A stretch of DNA of 64,000 nt, taken from positions 21,452,001 through 21,516,000 of the forward strand of contig JBHGNT010000001.1 of NCBI GenBank assembly GCA_043228905.1, read 5' to 3'. A program made the translations under genes and the position numbers. The DNA comes from Azolla caroliniana (Eukaryota > Plantae > Polypodiophyta). The notes under the pieces were generated by a model. The model was not told where the DNA came from. It did no database searches and saw only the letters and a list, made by a program, of their open reading frames with translations. Shown here in pieces: positions 33,234 to 46,420 of the stretch. The first letter of the stretch is position 1. Each line of letters begins with the position of its first letter.

Positions 33234-36200
33234 ATGGATGAATCGTTTGGTGGCATGTTCAAGCTCACCGGCTCCAACTATTCAGTATGGAAGTCCAAGA
33301 TGAGGGACATGCTCGTGGTTAAAGACCTCTGGCTGCCGGTTCAATTCGGGGACAAGAGACCGGACAAAATCGACGCCGCGATATGGGAGGTGATGCACAT
33401 GAAGACAACGGCGTACATACGGTGCTTCATCGACATGAGCCTGTACAACAACTTCAATGAGGAGAGCAAGGCTCAGGAGCTCTGGGAGAAGATCGGCATA
33501 ATGTTTCAGAACAAAAATGTTGTCAATCAAGTGTCGGTATTCCGGAAGCTAGTAAGACTCCAGTACCAAGATGGCTCCAGCATGGCGGAGCACATGAATG
33601 CCTTCCAGGGGCTGATCCACCAGGCAACTTCATTGGAAGTACCTCTTGCCGATGAGGTACTAGCTCTACTCCTGCTCGGTTCCCTCCCGGATAGCTGGGA
33701 GACGTTGGTTGTCACTTTGGGCAACGCCGGGCCGGAAGGAAAGCGGTTATCCCTAGCAAGAGTAAAGTCGAGCTTGCTAGATGAGGAGGCGCGTCGGAAA
33801 GACAAAGATACGAGCTCCGACTCCAAAGCGCTCCTTACCGAATCGGAATGCGGAAGACAGAGAAACCGCAGTCCCCAGAACCGGGAGAAGTCGGGGACAC
33901 GGTCAAAGTCAAGAGGGAGGCCTACTTGCTTCTATTGCGGCAAGCCGGGACACTTCCAAAAGAACTATCGGCATTTCCGTAAAGACAAGGAAACCGACGG
34001 TACCGATTCGAAGCAAACCCCGGACCGGAACGGTAAAGACCGGAGGGGGCCGGACCAGAAGGGAACGACGGCAATTGCGGCAAGTGAAGAAGAGTTGATG
34101 CTCATCACCGAGGAGAGTGAAATAAACCTTGCCGGCGACGAGATGACCTGGGTGGTAGACTCCGGAGCGTCGTTCCACCTTACCCCGGACCGGAAATGCT
34201 TCTCATCCTATTCAGCCGGTGATCACGGCTGTGTCCGGATGGGGAATGAAGGAACATGCCGAATCGTCGGCATAGGAGACGTGTGGCTAACAACACCAAC
34301 CGGATGCAAGTTGCTGCTGAAGGATGTCCGACACGTTCCGGAAGTTCGTCTGAACCTGATATCAGCCGGTCGGCTAGATGATGAAGGCTACACGGGTAGC
34401 ATCCGGAACGGTGTCATAAAGTTCAGCAAAGGGAGCCTGATTGTGGCTCGGGCCCGGAAGGTAAACACGTTGTACCTGATGAATGCCCGGTTATGCCCGG
34501 AAGAAGTGAACGTGGCATCCGACACTGCCGGTGAGTTGTGGCACAAGAGGCTGTGTCACATGAGTGAGAAGGGGATGAAGAGGCTTGCAGACGACAACCT
34601 CATTCCAGTGAAGAACGTGCACTTAGAGAAGTGCACTGATTGTCAGGCCGGTAAGCAGAACCGGACCTCCTTCCGACCAAGGCCACCGATGAGACGTATT
34701 GCACCACTGGAGTTGGTGCATACGGATGTGTGTCAGGTAGACACGAAGTCACATGCCGGAGCGTAGTACTTCGTGACGTTCATAGATGACCACAGCCGGA
34801 AGCTGTGGGCCACACCGTTGAAGACGAAGGATCAGGTGTTATCCGTCTTCAAAGAGCTCCACGCAAGAGTGGAAAGAGAAACCGGCCGGAAGCTGAAGGA
34901 GGAGAATACCGGGGGCAGTTCGAGGAGTACTGCCGCTCGAAGGGAATCCGGCTCAAATGTATCGTGCTGAAGACGCCGGAACTAAACGGGCTGGCCGAGA
35001 GGATGAACCGGACCATAATGGAGAGGGTCCGGAGAATGCTAGCGCATGCAAAACTACCCAAGAAGTTTTGGGCTAAGGCACTGTCGACGGCGACATATGT
35101 GATAAACAGATCACCCTCAGTACCCTTGGACGGAGACACGCCACAGAGAGTATGAACCGGTAAGGAAGTGTCCTACCGGCATCTGAGGGTGTTCGGGTGT
35201 CTCACGTACGTGCATGTAGCAAAGGACCGGAGAGGAAAGTTAGATCCAAAGACCCGGCCATGCATATTCCTCGGTTACGGTGACGATGAGTTCGGCTACT
35301 GAGTGTGGGACCCGGTCGACAAGAAGGTATTCCGGAGTCGAGATATTATCTTCATGGAGGACAAGACGCTCGCCGACTGGGAGTCGGAGAAGAAGATAAT
35401 GAACTCCGAGTCGACCGGTAAGGATAGACTCTACGATGAGCAGACCCAACCGGCAAGAGACCGATTAGCACTCGAGGAACCAGCCGGTTACGGTGAGGAT
35501 ACCGAACCGGCAGAAGAAGAAGTAGAAGAAGCTAAGACCGAAACCGGCCTAGACCCCGAATCGGATTCGGATGAAGAGCATATGGACGAGCCGTTTACCG
35601 AAGCCCGAAGACGTAGATATCCTCTCAGAGAGAGAAGGGCCCCCCGGAGATTTCCGGATGCAGAGCATGTTCTGCTGACCGATGAGGGGGAGCCGGAAAG
35701 CTTCGAAGAAGTGAAGGAAGACACCCACAGCCGAAAATGGTTAAGTGCCATGCAGGACGAGATGGATTCCCTGCATGAGAACCATACATACGAATTGGTG
35801 GAGTTGCCGAAAGGAAAGCGGGCACTCCGAAACAAGTGGGTGTACAAGTTGAAACCGGGAGATGCCGGCAATCCCCCGAGATACAAAGCGAGGATCGTGG
35901 TGAAGGGGTTCCAGCAAAAGAACGGCGTGGACTTCGACGAGATATTTGCCCCGGTAGTAAAGATGACCTCCATCCGGACGGTGCTGAGTATAGCAGCAAG
36001 CATGGACCTCGAGGTAGAACAGCTGGACGTGAAGACGGCATTCCTTCACGGCGACCTCGAAGAGGAGATCTACATGCAGCAACCGGAAGGATTTGTGGAG
36101 AAAGGGAAGGAGCACCTGGTATGCCGGTTGAAGAAGAGCCTGTATGGACTGAAGCAGGCTCCCTGGCAATGGTACCGGAAGTTCGACTCCTTCATGACCG

Positions 36201-37261
36201 ATCAAGGGTACCACAAGACACAGGCCGATCACTGTGTGTTTGTGAAGAAGTTCGAAGGAGGCGACTTCTTAATACTCCTCCTATACGTGGATGACATGTT
36301 GATCGTCGGACGTGACCAAGTCAAAATACGGATGCTGAAGAAGGCTCTCAACCGGACCTTCTCAATGAAAGACTTGGGTCCGGCAAGACAGATGTTGGGG
36401 ATGCACATCATTCGGGACCGGTTAAAGAAGCAACTATGGCTGTCACAGGAGAAGTATGTGACAAAGGTGCTTCACCGGTTCAACATGTCAAAAGCGAAAC
36501 CGGTCGGATCGACACTTCCGGCAAACTACAGGCTATCCGGCAAGCAAAGCCCGAATACGAAAGCAGAGAAGGCGGATATGATGAAGATTCCATATGCCTC
36601 TGCCGTCGGGAGCTTGATGTACGCAATGGTTTGTACTCGACCGGACATTGGATACGCAGTCGGAGTGGTGAGCCGGTTCATGAGTAATCCCGGCAAGGAG
36701 CACTGGAACGCAGTCAAATGGATACTACGGTATTTGAAGGGCACTTCAAATATGAGTCTCCGATTTGGCTCTGGAAAACCTAAACACGACGGTTTCACCG
36801 ATTCGGACATGTCGGTTGATGTGGATACCAACCGGTCTACATCTGGGTATGTGATGACATATGCAGGGGGAGCTGTTTCGTGGCAGTCGAGGCTGCAGAA
36901 GACGGTTGCATTGTCAACCACAGAGGCGGAGTACATGGCGGCTGTGGAAGCCGGCAAGGAAATATTATGGATGAAGGACTTCATCGGAGAGCTCGGTATC
37001 CGGCAAGAGGAATACCGACTCTACTGCGATAGTCAAAGTGCCATCCACCTTGCTAAGAATGCGGCCTACCATTCCCAGACGAAGCATATCCAACGGAGGT
37101 ATCACTGGATCCGGGAAAAAGTAGATGACCAGGAGTTCGCATTGACGAAGATCCACACGGCCGAGAACGGGTCAGATATGCTGACCAAAGTGCTGACACC
37201 CGACAAGCTGGACGCATGCCGGAAGCGGATCAGACTGGTAAGACACCCCATGCCGGAGTGA
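33234..37261 (+). pseudogene. Copia D gag-pol with stops (34764, 35153, ~35300) and a frameshifting deletion near 34900
   Basis: CFYCGKPGH, WVVDSGA, WHKRLCH, YVDDML, TDSD motifs spread over three ORF pieces. Confidence 0.93.
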
Positions 37262-38172
37262 AGGGGGAGTTTGTTGGGAGACAGGTCCCTCCGGATGGGT
37301 TGGGAGAAGAACAATGCTGACGATGAACAAACTCGGCCAAGGCCGAAACCGTATGAGGAGGACCCCGGCTACAGAGAGTCGGATGGTGCAGGCCCGGTAT
37401 GAACCGGATGAGGAGTACCCGGCTACGGAGAGCCGGATGGTGCAAGCCCGGTATGAACCGGATGAAGAGTACCCGGCTATGGAGAGCCGGATGGTGCAGG
37501 CCCGGTATGAACCGGATGAGGAGTACTCGGCTACGGAGAGCCGGATGGTGCAGGCCCAGTATGAACCGGATGAGGAGTACCCGGCTACAGAGCGCCGGAT
37601 GATACAGGCCCGGTGAGAACTGGATGAGGAGCACCCGGCTACAGAGAGCCAGATGACGCAGACCCGGTGAGAACCGGAGGAAGAGACATTTTCGTAAATA
37701 TGTTTCTGAGAGCCCATCGAGGCTACATTTGTAAATAGCCGAAAAGTCATATTAGTATAAATATGACTTAGGGCAAACCTTTTAGATGTAGTTGGACGTT
37801 GTGATTTTTCTTGTTGGTGCAAGAAGTGAGAGTGCATAACTGTACAGAGAGAGAGAGAGAGAGACGAGGTCGTTGCCTCTGTTGTAACCGCCGCCTATGG
37901 CGAAGATCGTGAGCACGAGGTCGTTGCCTCCGTGAACTCACTGTTTTGTACATTCTTACATAGTGACAGTTTGCAGCCTGTGGGCTGCCGTGGTTTTTTC
38001 CCCTAGTTTGGGGTTTTCTACGTTAACCTCCTGTGTATCTTTCTCCTCTTTGTGTCGTGTTCTATTTCCCGTTTTCTGTGTATGAAAAGAATCTCGGTTG
38101 TGGCCGAGCGTTGCGCATAAGGAACGTTGGGTTCCCCACACTTTCTACACGTACGCGCGTAACAACGCGACA

Positions 38173-40856
38173 ACGTACGTGATTAATAGATCACCCTCAG
38201 CACCCTTGGAAGGAGACACGCCGCAGAAAGTATGGACCGGTAAAGATGTGTCTTACCAGCATCTGAAGGTGTTTGGTTGTCTCTCTTACATGCATGTTGC
38301 AAAGGACAAGAGAGCAAAGTTGGATCTGAAGTCCAGGCCATGCATATTCCTTCGATACGGTGATGATGAGTTTGGATACCGAGTGTGGGACTTGGTCGAC
38401 AAGAAGGTGTTCCAGAATCGAGACATAGTATTCATGGAAGACAAGGCTATTGCCGACTGGGAGTCGAAGAAGAAGATAGCAGACTCCGGATCGACCGACG
38501 GGACCCATCCGGCCGGAAGTAGGATAACACTCAAAGAATCAGGCGGAGTTGGACAAGAGACCGAACCGATCGAAGAAGAAGAAGATCAAGATACCAGAAC
38601 CAGACAAGACCCCGAATCAGATTCAGATGAAGAACAGATGGAGGAACCAGTGGACGAGAACCAAGGAAGAAAATATCCTCTCAGGGAGAGAAGAGCCCCC
38701 TGGAGATTTCCGGATGCAGAGCACGTATTGCTAACCGATAAGGGGGAGTTGGAAAGCTTCGAAGAAGCAAAGAAAGACACCCACAGCCGCAAGTGGTTGA
38801 GTGCCATGCAGGATGAGATGGATTCCCTGCATGAGAACCACACATACGAACTGGCGGAGTTGCCGAAAGGAAAGAGGGCACTCCGGAACAAGTGGGTGTA
38901 CAAGCTGAAACCGGGAGACACTAGAAATCCACTGAGGTACAAGGCCCGGATCGTGGTGAAGGGTTTTCAACAGAAGAAAGGAGTGGATTTCGACGAGATC
39001 TTTGCCCCAGTAGTAAAGATGACATCCATCCGGATGGTGTTGAGCATAGCGGAAAGCATGGACCTCGAGGTAGAGCAACTAGACGTCAAGACGGCGTTCC
39101 TACATGGCGACCTCGAAGAAGAGATCTACATGCAACAGCCGGAAGGATTCGTCAGAAAATGGAAGGAGCACCTGGTATGCCGGCTGAAGAAGAGCTTATA
39201 CAGACTAAAGCAAGCCCCCCGGAAATGGTACCGGAAGTTCGACTCTTTCATGACCAACAATGGGTACCAAAGAACGCACGCCGATCAATGTGTGTTTGTG
39301 AAGAAGTTTGACAGAAGAGATTTTCTCATCCTCCTGTTGTATGTGGACGACATGTTGATTGTCGGACGAGACCATATGAAGATCTGAGTGTTGAAGAAGT
39401 CCTTGAGTAGGTTGTTCTTGATGAAGGATATCGGTCTAGCAAAGCAAATCCTGGGGATGCACATTGTTCGGGATCGAACAAAGAAATTATTGTGGCTATC
39501 ACAAGAAAAGTATGTGACAAAGGTGCTCCAGATATTCAATATGGAGAGCGTGAAACCAGTCGGTTCGACATTGCTGACGAACTGCAAGCTGAGTAAAGAC
39601 CAATGTCCAAAATCGAGAACAGAAAAGGTCGAGATGGAAAAGGTTCCTTATGCCTCCGTGGTTGGAAGCCTGATGTATGCAACGGTTTGTAACAAGCTAG
39701 ACATAGGATACGCAGTCAGAGTGGTCAACTGGTTCATGAGCAATCCAAGAAGAGAACACTGGAACGCGGTCAAGTGGATACTTTGGTACTTGAAAGGCAC
39801 CTCGAGTATGTGCCTCCGGTTCAGCTCAGGTAAACCCCAACTGGAAGGCTTTACGGATTCGAATATGTTGGCTAATGCGGATACCAGCCGGTCCACATCC
39901 GGATACATCAGGACATATGCAGGGGGAGTTGTATCGTGGCAGTCAAGGCTACAGAAGTCCGTTGCACTATCAACAACGGATGCGGAGTACATGGCAGTTG
40001 TGGAAGCCGGCAAGTAATATAGATGAAGGACTTCATCGCAGAGCTAGGAATCCGACAAGAGGAATACCGGCTCTACTGCAATAGCCAAAGTGCCATCCAC
40101 CTTGCTAAGAACATGGCCTACCATTCCCGAACCAAGCACATCCAGAGAAGATACCACTGGCTCCAAGAGAAGGTAGAAGATCAAGACTTCGCGCTGACGA
40201 AGATCCACATGGAGGAGAACGGGTCGGATATGTTGACCAAGGTGCTGTCAGCCGACAAACTGGACACGTGCCGGAGACGAATCAGACTAACAAGAAATCC
40301 CATGTCGGAGTGAAGGGGGGAATTTGTTAGGAATTTGGTTCCTCCGGATGGGATCCGGAGGAGCCGGATCGAACAAGCCGAAGGAAGGAACCGGACCGGA
40401 TGCAGCAACCGGACCAAACCGGAAGGTATCCGAATGGATCCGGTGTGAACCGGATCCAGGGACATATCTGCAAATATGTTTTTGGTGCGCCTATAAAGGC
40501 TATATTTGTAAATAGTCTTAAAGTCATATAATTATAAATATGACTTAGGGCAATCACTTTGGTGGTTTTTGTTGTTGTTACTTGTATTATAGTTGTAGAG
40601 AGAGAGAGAGAGAAGAGAAGTCACCGGTTGGCGAAGATACAGAGCTCGAGGTCGTTGCCTCTGAGTCTCCTGTTGTACCTCCTTTCTCATATAGTGATAG
40701 TTGGAGTCTATAGGCTCCCGTGGTTTTTCCCTATTAGGGTTTTCCACGTAAACATTCTGTGTTGTCTCTTCTCTGTAAGTGTACAAACCTCCATTTCTGT
40801 TTTGTTCCCTCATAAAGTGTTGGAATCTCGGTTGTGGCCGAGTGCTATTCCGCACA
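38173..40856 (+). mobile_element. 3' part of copia element E (related to D): integrase C-term, RT, RNase H, PPT, LTR 40325-40856
   Basis: TYVINRSPS...YVDDML...KHIQRRYH with stops; GAAGGGGGG then TGTTAG...CCGCACA. Confidence 0.88.
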
Positions 40857-41264
40857 GGTCGCTCATGCCCATTCGTGTTTCCGATGTAAATAGTCTTAAA
40901 TTCATATAAGTATAAATATGACTTAGGGCAATCACTTTGGTGGTTTTTGTTGTTGTTACTTGTATTATAGTTGTAGAGAGAGAGAGAGAGAAGAGAAGTC
41001 ACCGGTTGGCGAAGATACAGAGCTCGAGGTCGTTGCCTCTGAGTCTCCTGTTGTACCTCCTTTCTCATATAGTGATAGTTGGAGTCTATAGGCTCCCGTG
41101 GTTTTTCCCTATTAGGGTTTTCCACGTAAACATTCTGTGTTGTCTCTTCTCTGTAAGTGTACAAACCTCCATTTCTGTTTTGTTCCCTCATAAAGTGTTG
41201 GAATCTCGGTTGTGGCCGAGTGCTATTCCGCACAGGTCGCTCATGCCCATTCGTGTTTCCGATG
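40507..41264 (+). repeat. 378 bp tandem duplication spanning the LTR/flank junction
   Basis: Offset 378, 2 mismatches seen, TG microhomology at the junction. Confidence 0.95.
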
Positions 41265-41960
41265 AGGACCGCACATGGTCACTCCGTTCCGATTCCCGAT
41301 GAGGGCCACACATGGTCGCTCACACCCGTTCGTGTTCCAGTTCTCGGTGAGAACCGCATGGTCGCTCACGCCTGTTCGTGTTCCAATTCTCGGTGAGGAC
41401 TTCATGATCTCTCACGCCCGTTCGTGCTCCCAATGAGGACCTCATGGTCGCTCACTCCCATTCGTGTTCCAGTTCCCGATGAGGACTGCATGGTCATTCA
41501 CTCCCGTTCATGTTCTAGTTCCCTGTGAGGGCCACACATGATCGCTCATGCTCATTCGTGTTCGAGTTCCCGGTGAGGTTTGCATGGTGGATCACGCTTG
41601 TTAGTGTTCAAGTTCCCGGTAAGGCCCGCATGGTCGCTCATGCCCGTTTGTGTTCGAGTTCCCGGTGAGGACAGTGTGGTCACTAACGCCCGTTCGTGTT
41701 CGAGTTCCTGGTGAGAGCCACACGATCACTCACTCCCATTCGTGTTCCTATTCCCTATGACGGCCACATGGTCGCTCATGCCCACTTATGTTCCCGATGA
41801 GGACCACACATGGTCGCACACACCCATTGGGGTTCTAATCTCCGGTGAGGACCGTACATGGTCATTCATGCTCGTCAGTGTTCGAGTCTCTGGTACTGCA
41901 CATGGTCTCTCGCATTCATTGGTGTTCAAGTCTCTGAGGAGGACAACATATGCTTCCTCA
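41235..41960 (+). repeat. Degenerate ~36-45 bp minisatellite in the 3' internal region of element F
   Basis: Recurrent CATGGTCGCTCACGCCCGTTCGTGTTCGAGTTCCCGGTGAGGAC-like units. Confidence 0.88.
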
Positions 41961-42034
41961 TGCCCCTCATTGCTCCAATCCCCGTCCACCCCTACACCAC
42001 GCTTTCGAAAAGGCGGTTGTAAAGGGGAGGATAA

Positions 42035-42504
42035 TGTCACGACACAGTGACGTCAAATACGTAGTTAGTGAAGATTGAACCTGTAACCTCACATCTACAA
42101 GACATCATGCTCAACCATCTAGATAAGATCATGTATAATATAGTAAAGTATTTTATTGTATATTCTAGTATATATACATTCTAGAATATTCTAGAGCCTT
42201 TAGTGTATTCTAGAAATATTCTATGGTGTATTCTAGACGGGTATATTCTAGAGATATTTGTCAAGTATATTCTAGAGATACTGAATCTCAGAACTTGTAT
42301 AAATACTTGTAACCTCCTTGATCCCTTTCAAGGGATTCAACGTCAGTCATTGACATATCAATCTAGTATTCTTGTTCCATTCCATCTTGTCTCATTCTTC
42401 ATCTCTGTCTTCATGCTCTTGTGTCATTCCCAGCTTCTCAAGTTCTACGCTCTTAGACCCATCATCCTTGCTCCGTCCGAATCCGCGGTTGGTGTGTTGT
42501 GACA
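42035..42504 (+). mobile_element. 3' LTR (470 bp) of element F, preceded by PPT
   Basis: AAAGGGGAGGATAA|TGTCACGACAC...GTGTTGTGACA (10/11 terminal inverted repeat); TATAAATA ~42297. Confidence 0.82.
42178..42192. promoter_or_regulatory. Perfect heat-shock element (nTTCnnGAAnnTTCn) within an array of TTCTAG motifs
   Basis: aTTCtaGAAtaTTCt; further TTCTAG copies between ~42164 and 42276. Confidence 0.6.
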
Positions 42505-42929
42505 ATGACAAAGTCTGGGAGGAATACAAGACATGTGTCAAAGGAACCATTAGATTTATGTGTAGCTTGTCAAATTGTTTCTATTCTTTTGTCGAATGCA
42601 TCAAGTAACACAAATGTAAACTTGTGAAATGAAAGAGTTGCTACAACCTCAAGAGAAATGTTCTGTGCAAATGTTGTTACACTATTTTTTCATCCCGTGT
42701 TGACAGCCATTTCAGATGCAAATGAAGATGCTAATAGAGAGTATGCTATCAAGTTGTTATTACCTTCACTTTTGAGAGCTATTAAAAGGCTGAGTCCAAG
42801 TAGCATGAAGGGATTAGAGAACCCATTATAGAAGGAATTATTAGAGACCTTAAGGCTTTTATTTTCTCAAGACTATTTGCAAAAGCAAGACCTATATTTT
42901 CTGTAGAGCTTCTTTTTCATCCATTATCT

Positions 42930-45800
42930 GAGTGTCTCGACTGCTTGGTCGGAAAGCATAACAGAGCTACATTCCAGTCAAGACCACCAAGGAGAAGAGA
43001 AATTGCACTGGAACTAGTACACACAAATGTGTGCTACGTAGATGCCCCATCACATCGAGGTGGACAGTACTTCGTAACGTTCATTGACGACTACAATCGG
43101 AAGTTGTGGGCTTTCATACTAAAGTGAAAGAACCAAGTATTTTCATTCTTCAAGGAGTTCTAGGCTAGAGTTGAAAGTGAGTCGGGTCGGAAGTTGAAGG
43201 TTTTCTGAACCGACAATGGTGGCAAATATAGAGAGCATTTTGAAGAATATTGTAAGGCCCAAGGTATTCGAATCGCATACATAGTGCCGAAGACCCCTGA
43301 GTTGATTGGGCTTGCAGAGAGGATGAATCAGATAATTATAGAGAGCGTAAAGAACATGTTGTCGCATGCAAAGCTGCCGAAATCGTATTGGGTTGAGGTG
43401 ATGTGAATGGTTGTTTATCTGATTAACAGATCTTCCTCTGTACCATTGAAAGGTGATGTCCCAAAGAGGGTGTGGACTGGAAGGATGTCTCTTACCGACA
43501 CCTGAGGGTGTTTGGATGTTTGGTGTATATGCATGTGTCTAAGGATCAGAGCCCGAAGCTCGACAGTGAGTCGAGACTCGAAACCATGCATATTCCTGGG
43601 GTACTCAGAGGATGAGTTCGGCTACAAGTTGTGGGACTTAGTCGACAAGAAGGTAGTGAGAAGTCAGGACATAGTCTTCTTGGAAGACAAGACGATCGAG
43701 GACTAGAAACAACAAAAGTGGGAATTGACTTACCAGTTGACTCCCACTACCACCGAATTAAGAACAGTCGAACCGACACAGTCGACTATTCGGAGATAGC
43801 CAATCGGCATAGTCGAATCCAAGTCGGTCGACTCAGAGCAACCGACCAATACATATGAGTCGGAGTCTACAGAACCATTGAAGTCGATTGAGGAATACGA
43901 GTCGGAGTCGGCTAACCCTAAGCAACTAATCGACATATATGAACCCAAGGCGAGAGAAGATTCGGCAGAGACATCCGAACCATAGCCAACAACGGGTGGA
44001 AGGAGATACCCACTCAGAGAAAGGAGAGCACCGACTACATATGGCAGTCAATACATCCTCTTGACTAATGAAGGTGAGCCTGAATGCAAGACAAGATGGA
44101 CTCCTTGCACGAAAAGTATACTTACGACTTGGTGGAGCTACCAAAAGGTAAGAGAGCACTCCGGAATAAATGTGTCTACAAAGTGAAAACTGAAGAAGTC
44201 AACAGTGCACCCCGATATAAACCCCGCATTATGGTGAAGGGATTTCAAGAGAAAATCGGTGTCGACTTTGACGAGATATTCACACTAGTCGTAAAGATGA
44301 GATCAATTAGAACTGTTCTGAGCATAGCTACTAGTATGAATCTAGAGATCGAACAGTTGGATGCCAAAACAACATTCTTGCATGAGGAGCTAGACGAGGA
44401 GATCTACATGCAGTAGCACGAAGGCTTTGAGGACAAAGGAAAAGATAACCTAGTGTGTCGGCTGAAGAAAAGTTTGTATGGTTTGAAACAAGCTCCACAC
44501 CAATGGTACAAGCAGTTCAAATCCTTCATGCTAGAACACGAGTTCCACAAAACACGGGCAGATCACTGTGTGTTTGTCAAAAGGTATGATGAAGGTGACT
44601 TCTTGATTCTCTTATTATATGTGGATGACATGTTGATAGATGGACAAGAAACGAAGAGGATCGTGAGCTTGAAGAAAGCATTGGGCAAGTCGCTTTCCAT
44701 GAAAGATCTTGGATTGGCCAAATAGATTTTGGGGATGTAGATAGTTCGGGACAGAACTAAGAAAGTGTTATGGGTGTCACAAGAGAAGTATGTGACAAAG
44801 GTCCTAGAAAGATTTAACATGTCAGAAGCAAAGTCGGTCGATTCTCATTGCCGACAAACGGCAAGATGAATGTTAAGTAATGCCCGAGGAGGGAGAAGCA
44901 AAAGGGTTGAGATGAGGAAGTTATTGTATGCCTCGGCCATCGGCAATTTGATGTATGTTATGGTTTTGTACGAGACCAGACATAGCATTTGTTGTGGGGG
45001 CATTAAGTTGCTACATGAGTAATCCAGTCACAGAACATTGAGCAAGAGTGAAGTGGATACCGGGCTACTTAAAAGGCACCTTGGGGGTGTGCCTCAGGTA
45101 TGGTGTCGGAAAACCTATGCTCGAAGGTTTTACTGACTCTGACATGTCCAAGAATGTAGACTCAAGCTGATCCACATTAGGTTATGTGATGACCTATGTA
45201 GGGGGAGCAATGGCATGGCGATCAAGACTGCAGAAGTCTGTGGCCTTGTCGACCACAGTGGCAGAGTATATGGCCGTGGTAGAGGCCGGCAATGAGTTGA
45301 TTTGGATGAAGAATTTCCTTAGTGAACTAGGAATGAAGCAAGAGAGATTCCTACTTCACTATGATCATCAGAATGCCATACATCTAGCCAAGAACGTTGC
45401 ATACCACTCCTGAACCAATCATATACAGAGGAGGTATCACTTGTTGCGGAAGAAAGTGCACAAGGGGGAGTTTACCCTTGGGAAGATCCATACTCACGAC
45501 AATGGATCCGGCATGCTCACGAAGAACCTACCGATGGATAGACTCAGAGTGTGTTGACAGAAGACATGACTAACTGACTCCACCCACATGAGTGGAGGGG
45601 GAGTTTGTTAGGAATATGTCCCTCCTATGGGAGAAGCCGACTGTTTGACTTGGGAAGAGCCGACAATCGAAGACACAGAGTAGTTGACTGGTCGGGCTAA
45701 GAACCGAAAGTCGAAGACACTGAGAGTCGACTGAGAGAGAGTCAACCAGGAGAGTTGACAGCAAGTGATCCAAGTTGAAGGCACGACCGACAAGGAGTAA
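42930..45800 (+). mobile_element. Degenerate copia pol remnant G with PPT and truncated LTR from 45606
   Basis: CLDCLVGK, LELVHTNVC, FVTFIDD, YVDDML; many stops. Confidence 0.9.
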
Positions 45801-46420
45801 TTCAAAATAGAACAAATCAAACTATCTCATTATCACAATCTAATTATATTAATTCTATTCTCCAAAGATTTGATATGCTCCATAATAAGCCCATTAGTAC
45901 TCCTCTTACCTCTCCTTGTAAACTCTCAAATGATGATTCTCCAAAAACAGAACGAGAAATTTCCGAAATGAAGGATGTACCTTAGAAACAAATCTTTGAG
46001 TGTATAAGATATCTAGTAAGTTGTACACGTCCAAATATTTGTTTCGCCGCTAGTTTTCTTTCTTGTTTCATGGCTAATCTAGGACCAAAGCATTGGATCG
46101 CGGTCAAGCAATTACTATGATATTTGAAGCATACTCAACATTATGCGTTGACTTGCTCGTTTCATGGCTAATCTAGGACCAAAGCATTGGATCGCGGTCA
46201 AGCGATTACTACGATATCTAAAGCATATTCAACATTATGCAATTGACTTACTCGCTTCATGGCTAATCCAGGACCAAAGCATTGGATCGCGGTCAAGCGA
46301 TTTCTACAATATTTGAAGCAAACTCAACATTATGTGTTGACTTAGTCGGCCACACAATCTAAGTCGACCACGCTTGTGCAAGGATGGACACACCCCTCCA
46401 GTCAACTAATTGGTTGGTCT
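43511..46420 (+). repeat. Segmental duplication copy 2 (partner 1-2910)
   Basis: Colinear with 1-2910 at offset 43510; this copy continues naturally into the RNase H frame. Confidence 0.97.

Larger units (their letters stand above)
32391..38140 (+). mobile_element. Full-length but mutated Ty1/copia element D; LTRs 32391-33203 (813 bp) and 37272-38140 (869 bp); TSD CTTTC
   Basis: TG...CA termini, PBS TGGTATCAGAGC, PPT GAAGGGGGAG; TSD at 32386-32390 and 38141-38145. Confidence 0.96.
30503..38172 (+). mobile_element. 3' part of gypsy element C2: decayed integrase (30503-31730) and 3' LTR 31800-32390 + 38146-38172, split by copia D
   Basis: H..PWAGH...CKSC, DRGE, YNPEANGKVER, RWFGPY; PPT GGTGGGGGTGGA; the LTR resumes after TSD CTTTC. 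Confidence 0.88.

Noticed and set aside
41235-41960. Possible CRISPR array
   Set aside because: Degenerate minisatellite without repeat-spacer alternation; no cas genes; eukaryotic context.
42505-42930. Possible captured host-gene fragment
   Set aside because: Short helical-looking translation but no identifiable family.
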